A DNA stretch of 63,427 bases, filler included, from Octopus bimaculoides (GCF_001194135.2; 6 parts of 6 records of this genome joined end to end with filler, not necessarily neighbours in it), one strand, 5' to 3'; shown: positions 1 to 13,560, counted from the whole stretch's first letter. The notes: generated by a model from the letters alone, not told the origin. Numbers and translations: made by a program.

Positions 1-324
1 CCCAGACCGGGCGTTGTGAGTGTTTATTGAACGAAAACACCTAAAGCTCCACGAGGCTCCGGCAGGGGATGGTGGCGAACCCTGCTGTACTCTTCCACCA
101 CAACTTTCTCTCACTCTTACTTCCTGTTTCTGTTGTACCTGTAATTCAAAGGGTCAGCCTTGTCACACTGTATCACGCTGAATATCCCCGAGAACTACGT
201 TAAGGGTACATGTGTCTGTGAAGTGCTCAGCCACTTGCACGTTAATTTCACGAGCAGGCTGTTCCGTTGATAGGATCAACTGGAACCCTCGACGTCGTAA
301 GCGACGGAGTGCCAACAACAACAA
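1..324 (+). mobile_element. SINE family A (tRNA-derived), 5' end cut by window edge, (CAA)n tail
   Basis: Near-identical to full copies at 39756-40138 and 56391-56785; ends GACGGAGTGCCAACAACAAC. Confidence 0.9.
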
Positions 325-632
325 TACACTACTATTGACTATTGGAAAGATTTCGTATATAAATGTAAATATTATAATTACCTAAATAAATAAATTTATT
401 TTGTTATGTGCTCGTTTGGTTTGTTACTGGGACGACACGCAGCTAAATAGCACCAACCAACAATTACCCATGCAATAATATTACATGGAATCTCCGTAAG
501 TTTCTTTCAGTCTCTAGAATATCGAGGAAGTATGGAGCAATGATCACATTGTGAAGAATTAAACGAATCATTATGTTTATTATGATCATATCACAATAAT
601 CATATCACAATAATCATATCACAATAATAATA

Positions 633-848
633 ATCCTTTCTACTAAATGCACGAGGCCTGAAATTTGAGGGTAGGAGACTAGTCGAGTACATCGACCCAA
701 GTATTTCACTTGTACTTAATTTATTGACCCCATTAGGTTGAAAGGCAAAGTCGATCTCGGCGGAATTAGAACTTAGAATGTAAAGACGGACGAAATTCCG
801 CTAAGCATTTGGCCCGGCGTACAAACGATTGTGCCAGCTTGTCGCCTT
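633..848 (-). mobile_element. SINE family C monomer
   Basis: Reverse complement of the AAGGCG..AGCTGGCA head, B-box-like AAGTTCTAATTCC and GACTTTGCCTTTCA core; flanked by (AAT)n; matches copies at 43322, 49863, 54411. Confidence 0.85.
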
Positions 849-869
849 AATAATGATGATGATAATAAC

Positions 870-2060
870 CATCCTAATTACTAAATCTTCTGGAACGGCA
901 AACCCACAAGTCTACAGACCCATTACATGTCCTCCTACAATTTACAAAACTTTAGCAGCAATAATATTGCAGAAAATGGACAAAGATCTGGAAGAAAACA
1001 ACTTGTTTCCAGAAGAGTAGAAGGGATGTTGCAAAGACTCATATGGCTGTAAAGATCAGTTATTGATCAATAAAGCCATAACTGAAAACAGCTGAAAGGA
1101 AAAGAAGGGTCTAAACATGGCTTGGATCAATTATTAAAAGGATCTTGACAGTATTCCCCAGTCATGGCTCCTGGAAACACTAGCGATGAACAAGGTAGCT
1201 CCAATAATAATAAAATATATAAAGCATTTCTTGAATAAATAGCAAACAGTGCTGCAGCTCTAGACAAAAGAGTGACCCATAAAAACTAAAGCCATCCCCA
1301 TTAGAAGAAGAATATCCTAAGGAGACTCACTCTCTCAACTTCTTTTCTGCTTGGCACTGACGCTTTTAACTGACATGCTAAACAGAACTAGATGTGAATA
1401 CAACTTCTACGGTAAAAAAAAAAAAAAAAATCAACCATCTCTTGTAGATGTACGATCTGAAACTGTATGCTACAGATGATAAACAACTGGAAACATTATT
1501 ACAGACAGTGCGTGGATTTACCAAAGAAATATATATGAAATTCGGCTTTGAAAAATGTGCCAAAGCAACCTTCAAAAGAGGAAAACTAGTTACGAGTAAC
1601 AATATCATACTAGATAAAGTAAATGAAATAAGAGAATTAGTCCGTCCAAAGCCAGACATACAAGTACTTAGGAATCAATGAACTAGATACGGTACAACAG
1701 GCAAATGAAAGAGAAAATAAAGAAGAAATACTATAGACGAGTTAGATTAATCCTGAAAACAGGGCTCAATGCAAAAAACATGATAATAGGTATCAACACG
1801 GTAGTCCCAGTTACAGTTAAAATATTTTTAGTTTGACTGTAAATAAGTTAACCAAACTAGAAAGGAAAACAAGAAAAATAGTGATTGAATTTAGGATGCA
1901 CCACCCACACCACTGACATAGAAAGATTATATATACGAACTGAAGGTAGTAGAAGCCTTATTCAATTAGAAAACTATTATAAAATATCCACCATAGGATT
2001 ACAGAAATATCTAATCAAGGAAAATTGATACAAATAGCCATAAAAGAGGAGTAAAACAAA
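870..2060 (+). mobile_element. R4/Dong-clade non-LTR retrotransposon, degraded RT fragment
   Basis: Broken frames give YRPITCPPTIYKTL, ENNLFPEE*KGCCKDSYGCKDQLLINK, AWINY, QGDSLSQLLF-like, YMYDLKLYA (YMDD), MKFGFEKCAK; many stops and frameshifts. Confidence 0.85.
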
Positions 2061-2689
2061 AACCATAATCGTCCGAAAAGCGCTTTAACTACAGCATTAG
2101 TGTGTTTTAGCTCTTATTTCTCGCAATGTAGGTGTTGTCTAACACCCTAATCGCATTTAATGACATTTGTAATTCTCTTTTTTGGTGGAACATTGCAAAC
2201 AGCTGTTCATATTAATTATATATATATATATATATATNNNNNNNNNNNNNNNNNNNNNNNNNNNNNNNNNNNNNNNNNNNNNNNNNNNNNNNNNNNNNNN
2301 NNNNNNNNNNNNNNNNNNNNNNNNNNNNNNNNNNNTATATTTAAGGAGCATATATGTGAGTGTGTGTGTATGTGAAATGTTCATTTTATTTATTTATTAC
2401 TATTATTTTTGTTACTTTCGTTTTGCGCAGTTGAATGGACATTCTTTTATCCTGAAACCCAAAGCAAAAGAGCGAATGAAGAAGATTTCTTCGTATTGTT
2501 CGCCGGGCCACCGCTATCTTTATTAATAACATATCTCACAACTCTTCCGTCACTATGTTCTTTTGTCCCTTACGTCAGTAATAATTCATTCAGTCATATG
2601 TCCTTTCACACAGAGACAACAAAAAAATTAGAAGCGAGTTATATTTTTCATATTTTCATTCTCTTTTGACATGACATTCAGATGTCTTT

Positions 2690-3620
2690 ATACATCAACG
2701 TTCACAGTGCGTTTCTGTTCTGCCCTTGACTGCACCTTTCTCTTTCATTTTAAATTGTTTGATAATGTGGCTTTCCCATTGTTTTCGAACGTCTTTGGAA
2801 TGGTCTCTTCTGGTCATTTGTATACCACTGGCCATATTTTGTCGGTGAGTCTTGAGGCGTATCGGTTTAAGCGGAACTTGTGCTTTTGGTTTCAAATATG
2901 TTCCCGTTCTTCAATGATATTCATAGCATGGTGTTTTCCATTGCCCTCCGTGCCTTGTCCATTCATTAAACTTTCTCACAGAGCATATAAGAACACAAGT
3001 AGAATGGTGCTATTGAAGAAAATGCTATGCAAGATCTCGCTCACCTTTAATCCAAGCAAACACCTTTCACTTTTCTTTCACACAGCGTGAGGTTTCAGTT
3101 TTCATATCTAGTCATATATTCGTTGTCTCTCCCAAGTAGACGTATTCATTAACCTCATCTTTTCAATGTCATCTCTTCTAAGAAATGTTCATCTTTGTAT
3201 TGCGTTTGTAGACTGCTTGTGTTTTGTTTTCATGCAGTTTATTTTAAGGCCAACTTTGCAATTCTGAATGTCTCACTTTGTCAGCACGGTCTGCTGCTGC
3301 TCTGAAAATTCTGCGAAGAGAACGATGTCATCTGCTTTAGGAGATCGAGTTAAATTAATAACTCGTCATTGATGTTGATGCCACTTTTCTAGTCTTTTCC
3401 CTGATAGCTATTTCGAGACATGTGATGAGCATCATTGGAGAGATGGTATCTCCTAGTCTGGTGATATTCCCAACTGAAACTTTCATGGTTGTTGGCAGTA
3501 AAGCAAACTATAATATTAGTAGATCCCAAGTTCGTCACTCTGAGAAGTTTGATGTATTTCGCCTCAACTCCTTGCATCTCCAAATACTTCAGCATTGCAT
3601 TTACTTCTACATTACTGAAG
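2690..3620 (-). mobile_element. RTE-clade LINE, degraded RT and 3' part
   Basis: Minus strand: LEMQGVEAKYIKLL, RLGDTISP (QGD motif), KADDIVL (FADD), KVGLKIN, RKQWESHI..GRTETHCE resembling the RTE C-terminus. Confidence 0.7.
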
Positions 3621-4067
3621 ATTTATTTTGTACACAAAGGTAATGCAAAGAGATAGTTTATACATATTCTTCCGCTCATTTTAAAAGCTTTTGCAAATCA
3701 ATCTCAATATTGTGTGATACTATAATAACCCACGAGCTATAGTGTATCACTATATCAATGCTTGCACATTATTTCTTCCCTTCCAGTTTCTTACAAACAA
3801 ATATCCAGTATATAACATGCACAGTTAAATAAATAAAAAGACTGTAATTAGTATCTTATGTTTAATCTCTAATTAATGAAAATGTTTCGTGTGACATTGA
3901 TATCAAACATTGTAGCAACAGCCGGAGGCAATAGTTACATAGTGTCTTCAGTACAAACAAATGAGCATCAGTGTATCAACTCTGTCTGTAATGCCAGCCT
4001 CTTGTGGTGGTAATGAAATTAGTGACGTCAAATACAATATGGGTGTGTGTGTGTGCGCGTGTATATA

Positions 4068-4480
4068 TAGGCATGGCTGTGTGGTACGTAGCTAGCTTTC
4101 CAGCCACATAGCTTTGGGTTCAGTTCCGCTTCGTGGCACCTTGGGCAAATGTCTTCTACCATAGCCTCGGGCCGAACAAATCCTTGTGAGTAGATTTGGT
4201 AGACAGAAACTGAAATAAGCCTGTCGTATATGTGTGTGTGTGCGCGCGTATTTATGTGTGTGTGTGTGTGTGCCTATGTTTGTTGCACCCGCCCGCCAAT
4301 GCTTGATAGTTGATGCTGGTGTGTTTATGTCACTGTAACTTAGCGATTCGGTAAAAGGAGCCGATAGAATAAGTACTAGGCCTACAAAGAATAATTCCTG
4401 GGGTCGACTTCTTCGACTTTAAGGCGGTGTTCCTGCATGACCGCAGTCAAACGACTGAAACAAGTAAATGAATAAAAGAA
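4068..4480 (+). mobile_element. SINE family B (tRNA head, CORE-like segment, internal TG microsatellite)
   Basis: TGGCTGTGTGGT A box, GGGTTCAGTTCC B box, GGCACCTTGGGCAA, 3' end CATGACCGCAGTCAAACGACTGAAACAAGTAAA. Confidence 0.9.
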
Positions 4481-4517
4481 CGTGTGTGTGTGTGTGTTCG
4501 TGCATGTATATATATAT

Positions 4518-4554
<37 letters not shown>

Positions 4555-4849
4555 GGTATATAATAAATACAGATATAATACAAATACAGCGGTTCTCAAC
4601 ATTTGTAAAATGTCGATGGTAAATATTTTCTTCGTGTGAGCATTGTGATTCTCTCCAGGAAGCCTAATACTAGACAATGGAAACCACAAATCGTTGAAAA
4701 ATAAAGTTAAATACGAGTTTTCTTACAAGCAAATGGGACAGGTAAAGTAACAAAACAGAGAGAGGTGCCTCAGTATTTATGACTACTAAAATCTATACGA
4801 ACTGTAGATGAAGTGTAATTTATTTATCACATATATGCTCATTGTAGAA

Positions 4850-5310
4850 TAGATAAACATATTAAAAACCTCTTCAAGCAGAACACAAAATGCATTCACA
4901 AAGCGATAAATTGACTTTAATAGTTAATCTTCTGTAAAAACAATAAATTGTGAAGCCTTTTTATCAACAACAAACCGCAAACTTGTATGGCTGCCAAGAA
5001 GATTGTAATGACAAATGCGATTTAGCATCAGAACGTCAAAGTTGTAAACTTCATGAATCTAACTGATATCTTAGACATACAATAACATCACTATCTCGTC
5101 GACTCACTATGCATTTACAAAATGGAATTATTTCAATGCAATACACCACAAGCGCAACACAAATTTACCTGAAAATATAAATATTAATGTTCAACACGTT
5201 CATGCATTACAGAATCTCCACAATAACAGATAAGTGATAGAGGCAATTCTCATTCAGCAGAACAACATTAAAATAAATACACGTACAAAAAAATCTAACG
5301 GCCAGTCATA
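4850..5310 (+). mobile_element. Penelope-like element GIY-YIG endonuclease relic
   Basis: Translates to LYGCQEDC, RHTITSLSRRLTMHLQNG, EAILIQQNN; resembles the PLE C-terminal endonuclease; heavily broken. Confidence 0.55.
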
Positions 5311-5649
5311 TCCAGCTTACAATGAGATTGCATCAACACACTCCACCATCACTTCAAGCTGATGGCAAAAGCCTGAAGGTTTACAAAAATTGTTGATGGA
5401 TTTAGGAACTTACTACGCGAAAAAAATTGCAAGACACGAACATGAACTGTGATAAGAAAAAATATGAATCAAGAACATAGTTCAATACAAAAATACATAC
5501 GGAAAAGAAGAAACTGTTCCTCGCATGAGTGTGTGCGTGTGTGCGCACGTATGCGTGTTTATTATTTATATATATGTTCAATTTCAAAAACGTATTCATA
5601 TACATATATACATATATATATGTATTACACACACACACATACCACACAC

Positions 5650-7439
5650 ATTAGAGGTACCGAAAAGTGATGTATTTTCAAGCAAATAGTCTGACGTCTT
5701 GCCACAAATGGTTTACAAGCCAATAAAACCTATGTTTGCAATCAACCAATGAGCATAGAGTTAATGACCGAACGTTAATGTGCACACACCTTGTGTGTGT
5801 GTATATGCTTTGTCTGATAACCATGAAATACAAGTGTCACGGGTGCTGTTGGTTGTGTCACCAAAGTCGCCATAGGTCATTATGTGTCGTTGACTGCTAT
5901 TGCTGAGTTGGTGAACGAAGATGTATTTCGTTGGCTGCACGAATAATTGAAGCAAAACCCGTGAACGTTTAACTGAAGTATTTATTGTCATACAAGACAA
6001 TCTGCGTCGACCATTTACAGTTACAATAATAATTAGAACAGATTGGGAGAGATACTGCTCTGACATTACAGAAAGCTGTTGGTACGGCAACCTGCGGTCG
6101 CAGAATGTATTTGATACCAACTGCACTAGAGGTCCTTAGTCATCTGTCCTAAGCCGGCTGCGTTGGCCATCTGTGTTGACTGCTTGTGCTGGCCATTTGT
6201 CCAAATACCTGAAACCATAGTGTGGAGGCACATATCGCTCAGCCGTCTTTCAACACTCTGCCATTAATTACCACCAAAAACGGTCTTTTATAAGGTACAA
6301 GAAGAAGATGCTAGAAGACTAAACTACGCTACGGCTTGACACTGTTTGGTTGCTTATTAGCCCGATCACGTGAAGTTGTTGTGCTCGGTCGTGGCGTCTG
6401 ACCGATTGGGATTTCGAATCACTGCTACAGAAGACTTTAGTAAGCTGCATATTCGGCATTGCAAACTTTACAAATTTCGTAAGGGCAGCAATACAGCATG
6501 AGCACATGAAAACAAATCTACTAATATCCTGATGGTTTAAATGTTCAAAAATGCCGATGGTAGTTTAGAAAATTTTAAAAAACGATGCTTTCTATCTTTG
6601 AGTGTGTATCGATTAGGAAGACCAACTTTTCTCGACGATTATGAAGTGAAAACAGTAGTTGAAACGGATCTGAGACAAAGTATTGGGGACATCGGCCCAC
6701 TATGCAAGATCATGTTAAGTAGATTGGGAATTGTATAGAGAAGAGAAGTGGGTACCTTTCTTGATGTCTCCGGAGAAAAAGCAGTGCGTTCAACAATATG
6801 CACCATTTCGCTGATCAGGAATGAACAGGAGATGAGAAATGGATAGTCTATGCCAACATTAAACGTAAGAATTGGTGTATAACACCAAGTAAAAATCCAG
6901 TTCCAGCACTCAAACCAGATCTTCACTCAAAGAAGGTCTTTGCTGTATATTTGGTGGAATACAACAGATGTTCACTGCGAATTAGAATGACGGAGAAGCT
7001 TTCACTTCGGAATTTTACTTTCAATAATTTGAACGTGTCAGTGAAGTTTTCCTAAAAAATAACCATCTCTCTTAAATAGAATGGGAGTCATTCTGCAACA
7101 TGATAATGCAAAACTATATTCAGCGAAGAAAAGATTAATTCATTTGAGTGGGAAGTTCGACCTCACCTTCTCTATTCAGGTAACCTATCACCTCATCAGG
7201 TTTTCACTTATTCAAGGTCACTTGAACACTTTTAGCAGTGGAGAAGTATTCAGAAGCAGGGACAATGTCGAAATGACACTCAAAAATTGTTCTCTTCTAA
7301 AGAACCCTTTTTTGCACAAAGAAGCAGAAAACTGTTTTCGAGGTGGTAAATGTTGTCGAATGAATAAATATATTTACGGTATGTTTTATGTTGATTTGAG
7401 CTCATCATGGCTAAAGCAACATTAATTTTCGGTACCTCA

Positions 7440-7442
<3 letters not shown>
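5650..7442 (+). mobile_element. Mariner-type DNA transposon, both TIRs present, transposase pseudogene
   Basis: TIR left TTAGAGGTACCGAAAAGTGATGT (5651), right ACATTAATTTTCGGTACCTCAATA (to 7442); transposase remnants HIRHCKLYKFRKG, KPDLHSKK, ILQHDNA at ~6440-7350. Confidence 0.8.

Positions 7443-7514
<72 letters not shown>
7441..7514. repeat. (CA)n microsatellite
   Basis: Direct reading. Confidence 0.95.
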
Positions 7515-7517
<3 letters not shown>

Positions 7518-7639
7518 GCTTTCATATTGTCGATGGTAGAGGCCTTAGCATTTAAAGTCACGGTAGAGCCCGAAGGTAAATCCATCATGTATCTTCTGTT
7601 ATGTGGACACGGATTAAATATCTCGCTTCAGTAGTTTAG

Positions 7640-8720
7640 GTAGGTATCTGGTTGGAGCTAGGATTTTAATATAATCCGTTTCTCGGTTATACATAACCTG
7701 CACTTTCTGTTACTGCCAAAATAATGCTTGCACATCTCCAAGAATTTTCATTCTATGTGTAATCCGTGGAACTTTCATTCAATAACCATATATGATTAAC
7801 TATAGCTGTGCAATTGCGACTCAACTGGATATTAAAGGCGGTTTTATGGTTGTTAAATCTGGTTCTGCATGTACCTTTTCTCATATCTACATACTTCCAC
7901 ACGTTGAGCTCCCCAGTGAATTACTTTGACATTAACCCTGCATCATATACAACTGTTTTGTGTTGCAGTGGCCGTTAAGGAGATACGTGGTCTTGCCTCT
8001 GTTATGCCTTGCCTCTTTCTAACGTGTGTGTCTACCTACTAATATTTTCTTGATATTGGGTGCACAACTAAAAGAACTTCTTTAAGTGTGTTTGTTAAAT
8101 ATTTTATGGAATCTTTTTGTAGAAGGAAGATCCTACCCACACAAGATTTTACGCTTTGGGAGACGTTGACGTGAACCACAACATTTTCCGGTGGTTTTTC
8201 CTCGTAGCGGGGTTATTAATCCTATTCTTAACTAACCCTATTCCTAAAACTATTGGCAGTCAATGCCTTGTTATAGTATTGGACAACAGCGTCAAAAATC
8301 TCTTTACTTGAAGGTGGGATAGAATTTTTTCTGTACAACCTCTTCACAAGGCTCCTTAAGCTGATAGTTACATGACAGAAAGCTGTGTTGATGTATGTCA
8401 GCCTCTCATTCAACTTCCTAAACGGCCTATAGGTAACAGATTCCAAGTCTGGGGTCAGATCAAGGAAATCCGCCATCTTCATGATGGTAACCTTGAGGCT
8501 AAAAAATGGTTAAGTCCAACCTAAACCCGCCGAATGTGTGGCTATTCACTTTTTCATTATTGCCAAAGCATCATCTCACTAGAGGCTAATGCTGGTTATG
8601 TGGAATCTCTTCTTATGTAAATCCAAGATGAAAATATCAACGAGATTACATACACTTAAGCGCTGTTGAGGATATTCATTGCTACATCGAAAGAAACCTC
8701 TGAATCAGTGTACTTGACCA
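7640..8720 (-). mobile_element. Penelope-like element (RT C-half + GIY-YIG), degraded
   Basis: Minus strand: SEVSFDVAM, RDDALA (YxDD), ADFLDLTPDLESVTYRPFRK, SSKEIFDAVVQYYNKAL, WKYVDMRKGTCRTRFNNHKTAF, KCRLCITEKRIIL. Confidence 0.8.
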
Positions 8721-9789
8721 AGTCTAGTCCTTTGCTAAGGAGCAGGGTTTTTTGGCATTGTTGACCTTCTTGGTCAGCTACTGGCTTACCAGGCTGATCT
8801 CTGACTTCACGGGGTTGATTGGACGACATTTGAGGTGATATAACACATGATAAAGAGTTATCCCATCGAATTGCCTCCCACAACTTAGTCTTGCCTTTTT
8901 TGCAGCACCTACCAGTTGAGACACTTCTTCCCCTCTTATAACAGAGAACATACATCATTTTTCTACACCTGTCATTTATGATGAGCACACATATTACATA
9001 ATTATTCAGTTAACAAATGTTGGCTGTAGTAGATACATAATACTTTGTTTAATATATCCACTATATCGACAAATATAGGAATGCCCATTTTTCTCACTCA
9101 AGGATTTCATTATATATATAACCGTTATATATATAATGAAATTTAATGATGCCTAAAATGATAAAAATCTCTAAAAATAATATAATCACATAGTACATTA
9201 TTGCAAATATATGCATAAATTAACGATACATTCCCTAGATATATGCTCATGTTTTATACCATCAACAGCAATTAATAAAAAGGAAATTTTAATAGAAAAT
9301 CCTTGCTTTTGTACAAAGCCAATGTAATATAGAAATTAACGCCAGATATAAATGAATGAGCCAAAAATATTGATAATTATTTCATGATCTGTTTGGTTCT
9401 AAAAAATAAACCAAAAAACAAAAAAGTTACTATTGGACCACAAATAGCCACAGTTAACATTAAAAAAAAAATTAATGAACTTGCAGAAATGAGCATTATA
9501 GTAACAATAGAAATATATATCTCACAATAATAATGGACATATTTCTTTTATGTAAAGCAACTTAGCAAAGATCTCAATAAACATGAAATGAATTCAGATT
9601 TAGACCAATAATATAACTTTTCATTTCATTGTATTATTGCTCTAAACATTGAATTCATTTGATGTTTATCGAGTTCTTTGCTAAGAAGCTTTACATGAAA
9701 GAAGTATTTTCATTATAATTCTGTTATTGTTTAATACATGTGTGTGTGTCAATGTGTGTGTATATATACATATCTGTGTATGTGCATGC

Positions 9790-9845
<56 letters not shown>

Positions 9846-9910
9846 GTATTCGTATCCAATTATATCTATATTTAACTTTTACTTTATCTATATAAGTAGA
9901 TAAATACATA

Positions 9911-9959
<49 letters not shown>

Positions 9960-11074
9960 GTATGTGTATAAATATATGCAGGTATGTATATAAGCTTATA
10001 TATGTATGTATGTGTGTGTGTATGTATAGGTATGTATGTGCATGCACTAAGACACACATACACGTGTGCACACATGCATACATTCAGTACCTTCTTTGAT
10101 GGCCAGTTTCCTCTGCACAACTGTTTGGGTCCATGTGGATGTGCATCTTTTTTTTTCTTTTCTTTTTCTCATATCTATATATTTCGTTAACCATCTCATC
10201 AGAACAGTCCTGATGCATATTTCCGCATAGCTGTTTGTAATCTTCTCTAAACACACTGTTCACCCTCTGCACAGTATACACACACACACACACATGATAC
10301 ATCCACAGAAACACATAGAGTAAAACACACACTTACATACACATAAAACTGCTTTTCAGTATTATCTTCATAAATGTGTCTATCAGAAACAGAAATTAAT
10401 TTTTCTCAAATTGATTACTTGAAGTATTATTACAAAGCGTTATATTCCAAACTATACATCATAAGCCATATTACGATTCACCATTTGTGGCAATTTATCA
10501 ACGATTCTAGCTTTTGTCCTTTTGTTCTCATGTCCGTTTAGCCATTATTTCAGACATCTCAGTTCAAAAGTCAGCATTTTTATTAGCAATATCAGAAGCT
10601 GGTAAATTCAACCAGTCAAGTGTTGATATAAACTGCGGCAATATTCGTTAGACATGGTATTATTTTTCATATTATCCGAAAGGGGCCATACCAGACACAC
10701 ACTTGCCTCATCTATACACATTCTTCTCTTTCCTTCATAACAATTATTCCAACTTTATGTGTGTCCTTTATTAAAGTTGCAGAGTAATTAATTTTATGTT
10801 TATAGCTTGACCTATCCTACACAAATTTTGAGACCATAATGGCCGGAATTTCAAAGATTTGAACTCTGAAACTGATTACATTACAATCTTTTCTTCAATA
10901 AACAATGCACAGCTTCATAACGAGTATCATACACTAGAGGAGAAATTGTTTGCCAAACGAAGGCTTCAATACAGTTTCAATTTTTGGCTCATATAAGTCC
11001 GGTTTGTTTATGGTTCTAATAATTCTATTACATCTGCAAAAGTCATGTGATTCGCAAATTCATGTGTGTGTGTC

Positions 11075-11077
<3 letters not shown>

Positions 11078-11173
<96 letters not shown>

Positions 11174-11215
11174 GTATATGTATATATATACATATATATA
11201 CTTATATACATATAT

Positions 11216-11276
<61 letters not shown>

Positions 11277-11306
11277 CATACATATACACACACACACATA
11301 TACATG

Positions 11307-11349
<43 letters not shown>

Positions 11350-11350
11350 A
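11078..11350. repeat. Compound (TA)n/(CA)n/(TATG)n microsatellite block
   Basis: Direct reading; source of several spurious ORFs. Confidence 0.95.
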
Positions 11351-12356
11351 CAAACACATGCATACGTTGGTTTATGTCAGACAGATGAGAGAGAGAAATG
11401 CTCAATATATGTTTTAGAGGATACAGATATTTATTGAAACTGAAAATTGACAAGAGTTTCAATAAAAAAAAATTTATATGTGTGAGTGAGTGAGTAGATA
11501 GATAGGTAGGTAGGTCTTTTTCTTCTTTTTATCTATTAGCATTCTTTCTAGATGTAGGCAGCTTGTTTCAAAGAAAGAAAGAAAATAATTATCATTGATG
11601 TCTGGACTAGTTGTTACATGTAGAAATTTAAGAACGTATTGCATATTTATACTGCTCCACTTACAGACTGCATCTCTGAAATTTTTGTTCACCAGTTTCT
11701 TTCTTTGCTTGAAAATTCTAGATTCACTGAAATCGCAATCTGGAAAAAGTTAAGATTTTCCAACAAACATGAGCCTCACACATATAATGTGTATGTGTAG
11801 TAGTAAATACATGGAAGTCTTTTTTAAATTTTAATATATAACAATTATATGTTTGTGACTACACCTATCTTAAGCCTCTTCTTATCCCTTCTCTTGAGAG
11901 CCAAGCTGTCAATATCATTGTTTCTGTGAGAATTTGCAGTCAATATCAGGATATTGTGGGTTTTTAAATCTATTGAATGGATTTCTACTCTAACCAAAAT
12001 ATCGGTACCAGTATGAGTAATGATTGTTGTAATGAAAAAGCTCTGATCACCATGAATTTTTAAAGTCTAGTGTAATATTCTTTTGTTAATCTATCTTAGT
12101 ATGATATATTTTCATCAACACCTAGTTATTTGTAGCACTCATCTTGCGGAACTAGGGAGATAGAGAGAGACCATTGATGCAAGGATTTAGAGTTTGAAGA
12201 ACAGTTTTTCATGTTCAGTAGTTAAATATGAACATTGTTTTTGGCCAAAATCCACATCTATATCAACAGAAAATTTAATTAAATCCAGCTGTTTTCCAGC
12301 AATACAAATATTTTGAGCAAGTATGTATACATACATACATATACATATACATATAT

Positions 12357-12456
12357 NNNNNNNNNNNNNNNNNNNNNNNNNNNNNNNNNNNNNNNNNNNN
12401 TTAATTAATTAANNNNNNNNNNNNNNNNNNNNNNNNNNNNNNNNNNNNNNNNNNNN
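12357..12456. other. Scaffolding linker N44-TTAATTAATTAA-N44 (assembly artefact)
   Basis: Identical 100-bp structure recurs five times; the 12-mer has stops in all six frames. Confidence 0.9.
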
Positions 12457-12534
12457 AATATATATATATATAACACGTACACATCGCACGAACACACACA
12501 CATACATACATAGACAGACACACACACGGGCACA

Positions 12535-12595
<61 letters not shown>

Positions 12596-13357
12596 TTATA
12601 TTCATGCCTGTTTATATGTGTGTGTGGTTGTGTAAGTGTGTGTGTATATGTTTTTGCGTTTGTATGTGTATGTGTGTGTCTGCGTCTGCGTAAGAACATT
12701 TGCATGGAATGGCTTCTGCATGACAAACAAACAGTTAAGTGCAGACTGTCATACTTCTGATAGTAACCTGAAAATCATGCTTAATTAATTCATCGACGAA
12801 ATTATAGTTGTAACAAGACACGCCTTTAGTGTTGATAAAAATTAATCTCAAAATGCGTAAGGGAGAGAACTCTCAACATTTCACCAGCCCGAAGATTAAA
12901 TAAAGTAATGAGTTTATTCTTTTGACAGCTATTTATTTTTGGCATTAAACAAAAACGCTTTGTACATGAGGAATATGATGTATTCTTCTTTATGTGTGAA
13001 ATTATCTTCCCTAATCGCAGTTCGATCGACCTTTTGGTTACACCGCAAAGATCATCGGGCAGAAAAGAAAATACGCAAAACGAATGAATGACTATTAGCG
13101 TTGTAATCATTGCACGTTGTAATCTGTGAAAATTATTGGAGTCTGCTATTGCCTGCATGTAACAAGGCAAGGTAGCTACTCTTTGAAACATCTGCTAAAA
13201 ATACTCTTAGCATGTGACGGCATATCGAGATTAAATTGATTTGGTTTGTTAAAGATTGGGGTTGGATGGCAAATAAGCAGAATCAGCAGTCGCAGCAATT
13301 TCATTCAGTTCCTAAACATCTCTATCTTATACTTTTATCTCTCATTTTTTTTATTTT

Positions 13358-13560
13358 TACTTGTTTCAGGTATTGAACTGCGGACATGCTGGGGTACTGC
13401 CTTGAAGGATTTTAGTCGGCAAATAAGACCGAGAGAATAAGTACCAGACTTTTAAAAAAAACAAAAAAACAAAACAGTAATGGAGTCAATTTCTTCCACT
13501 AAACCTTTCAACGCAGTACCCCAGCATGACCACAGTCCAATGACTGAAACACGTCAAAGC
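13358..13560. mobile_element. Fold-back element made of two inverted SINE B 3' ends
   Basis: Arms 13358-13416 and 13498-13554 are reverse complements with scattered mismatches; spacer is the SINE B GACCGAGAGAATAAGTAC segment. Confidence 0.75.

Noticed and set aside
10084-10332. Possible coding exon (RVNSVFREDYKQLCG..)
   Set aside because: No recognisable homology, includes an A-rich low-complexity run, and no partner exons
10554-10601. 48-nt AG..GT bounded open micro-exon candidate (ISVQKSAFLLAISEA)
   Set aside because: Splice-like dinucleotides are common in AT-rich DNA; no independent support
12401-12412. TTAATTAATTAA recurring five times, roughly 7 kb apart in the first half
   Set aside because: Always centred in exactly 44+44 Ns; an artificial six-frame-stop linker, not a biological motif
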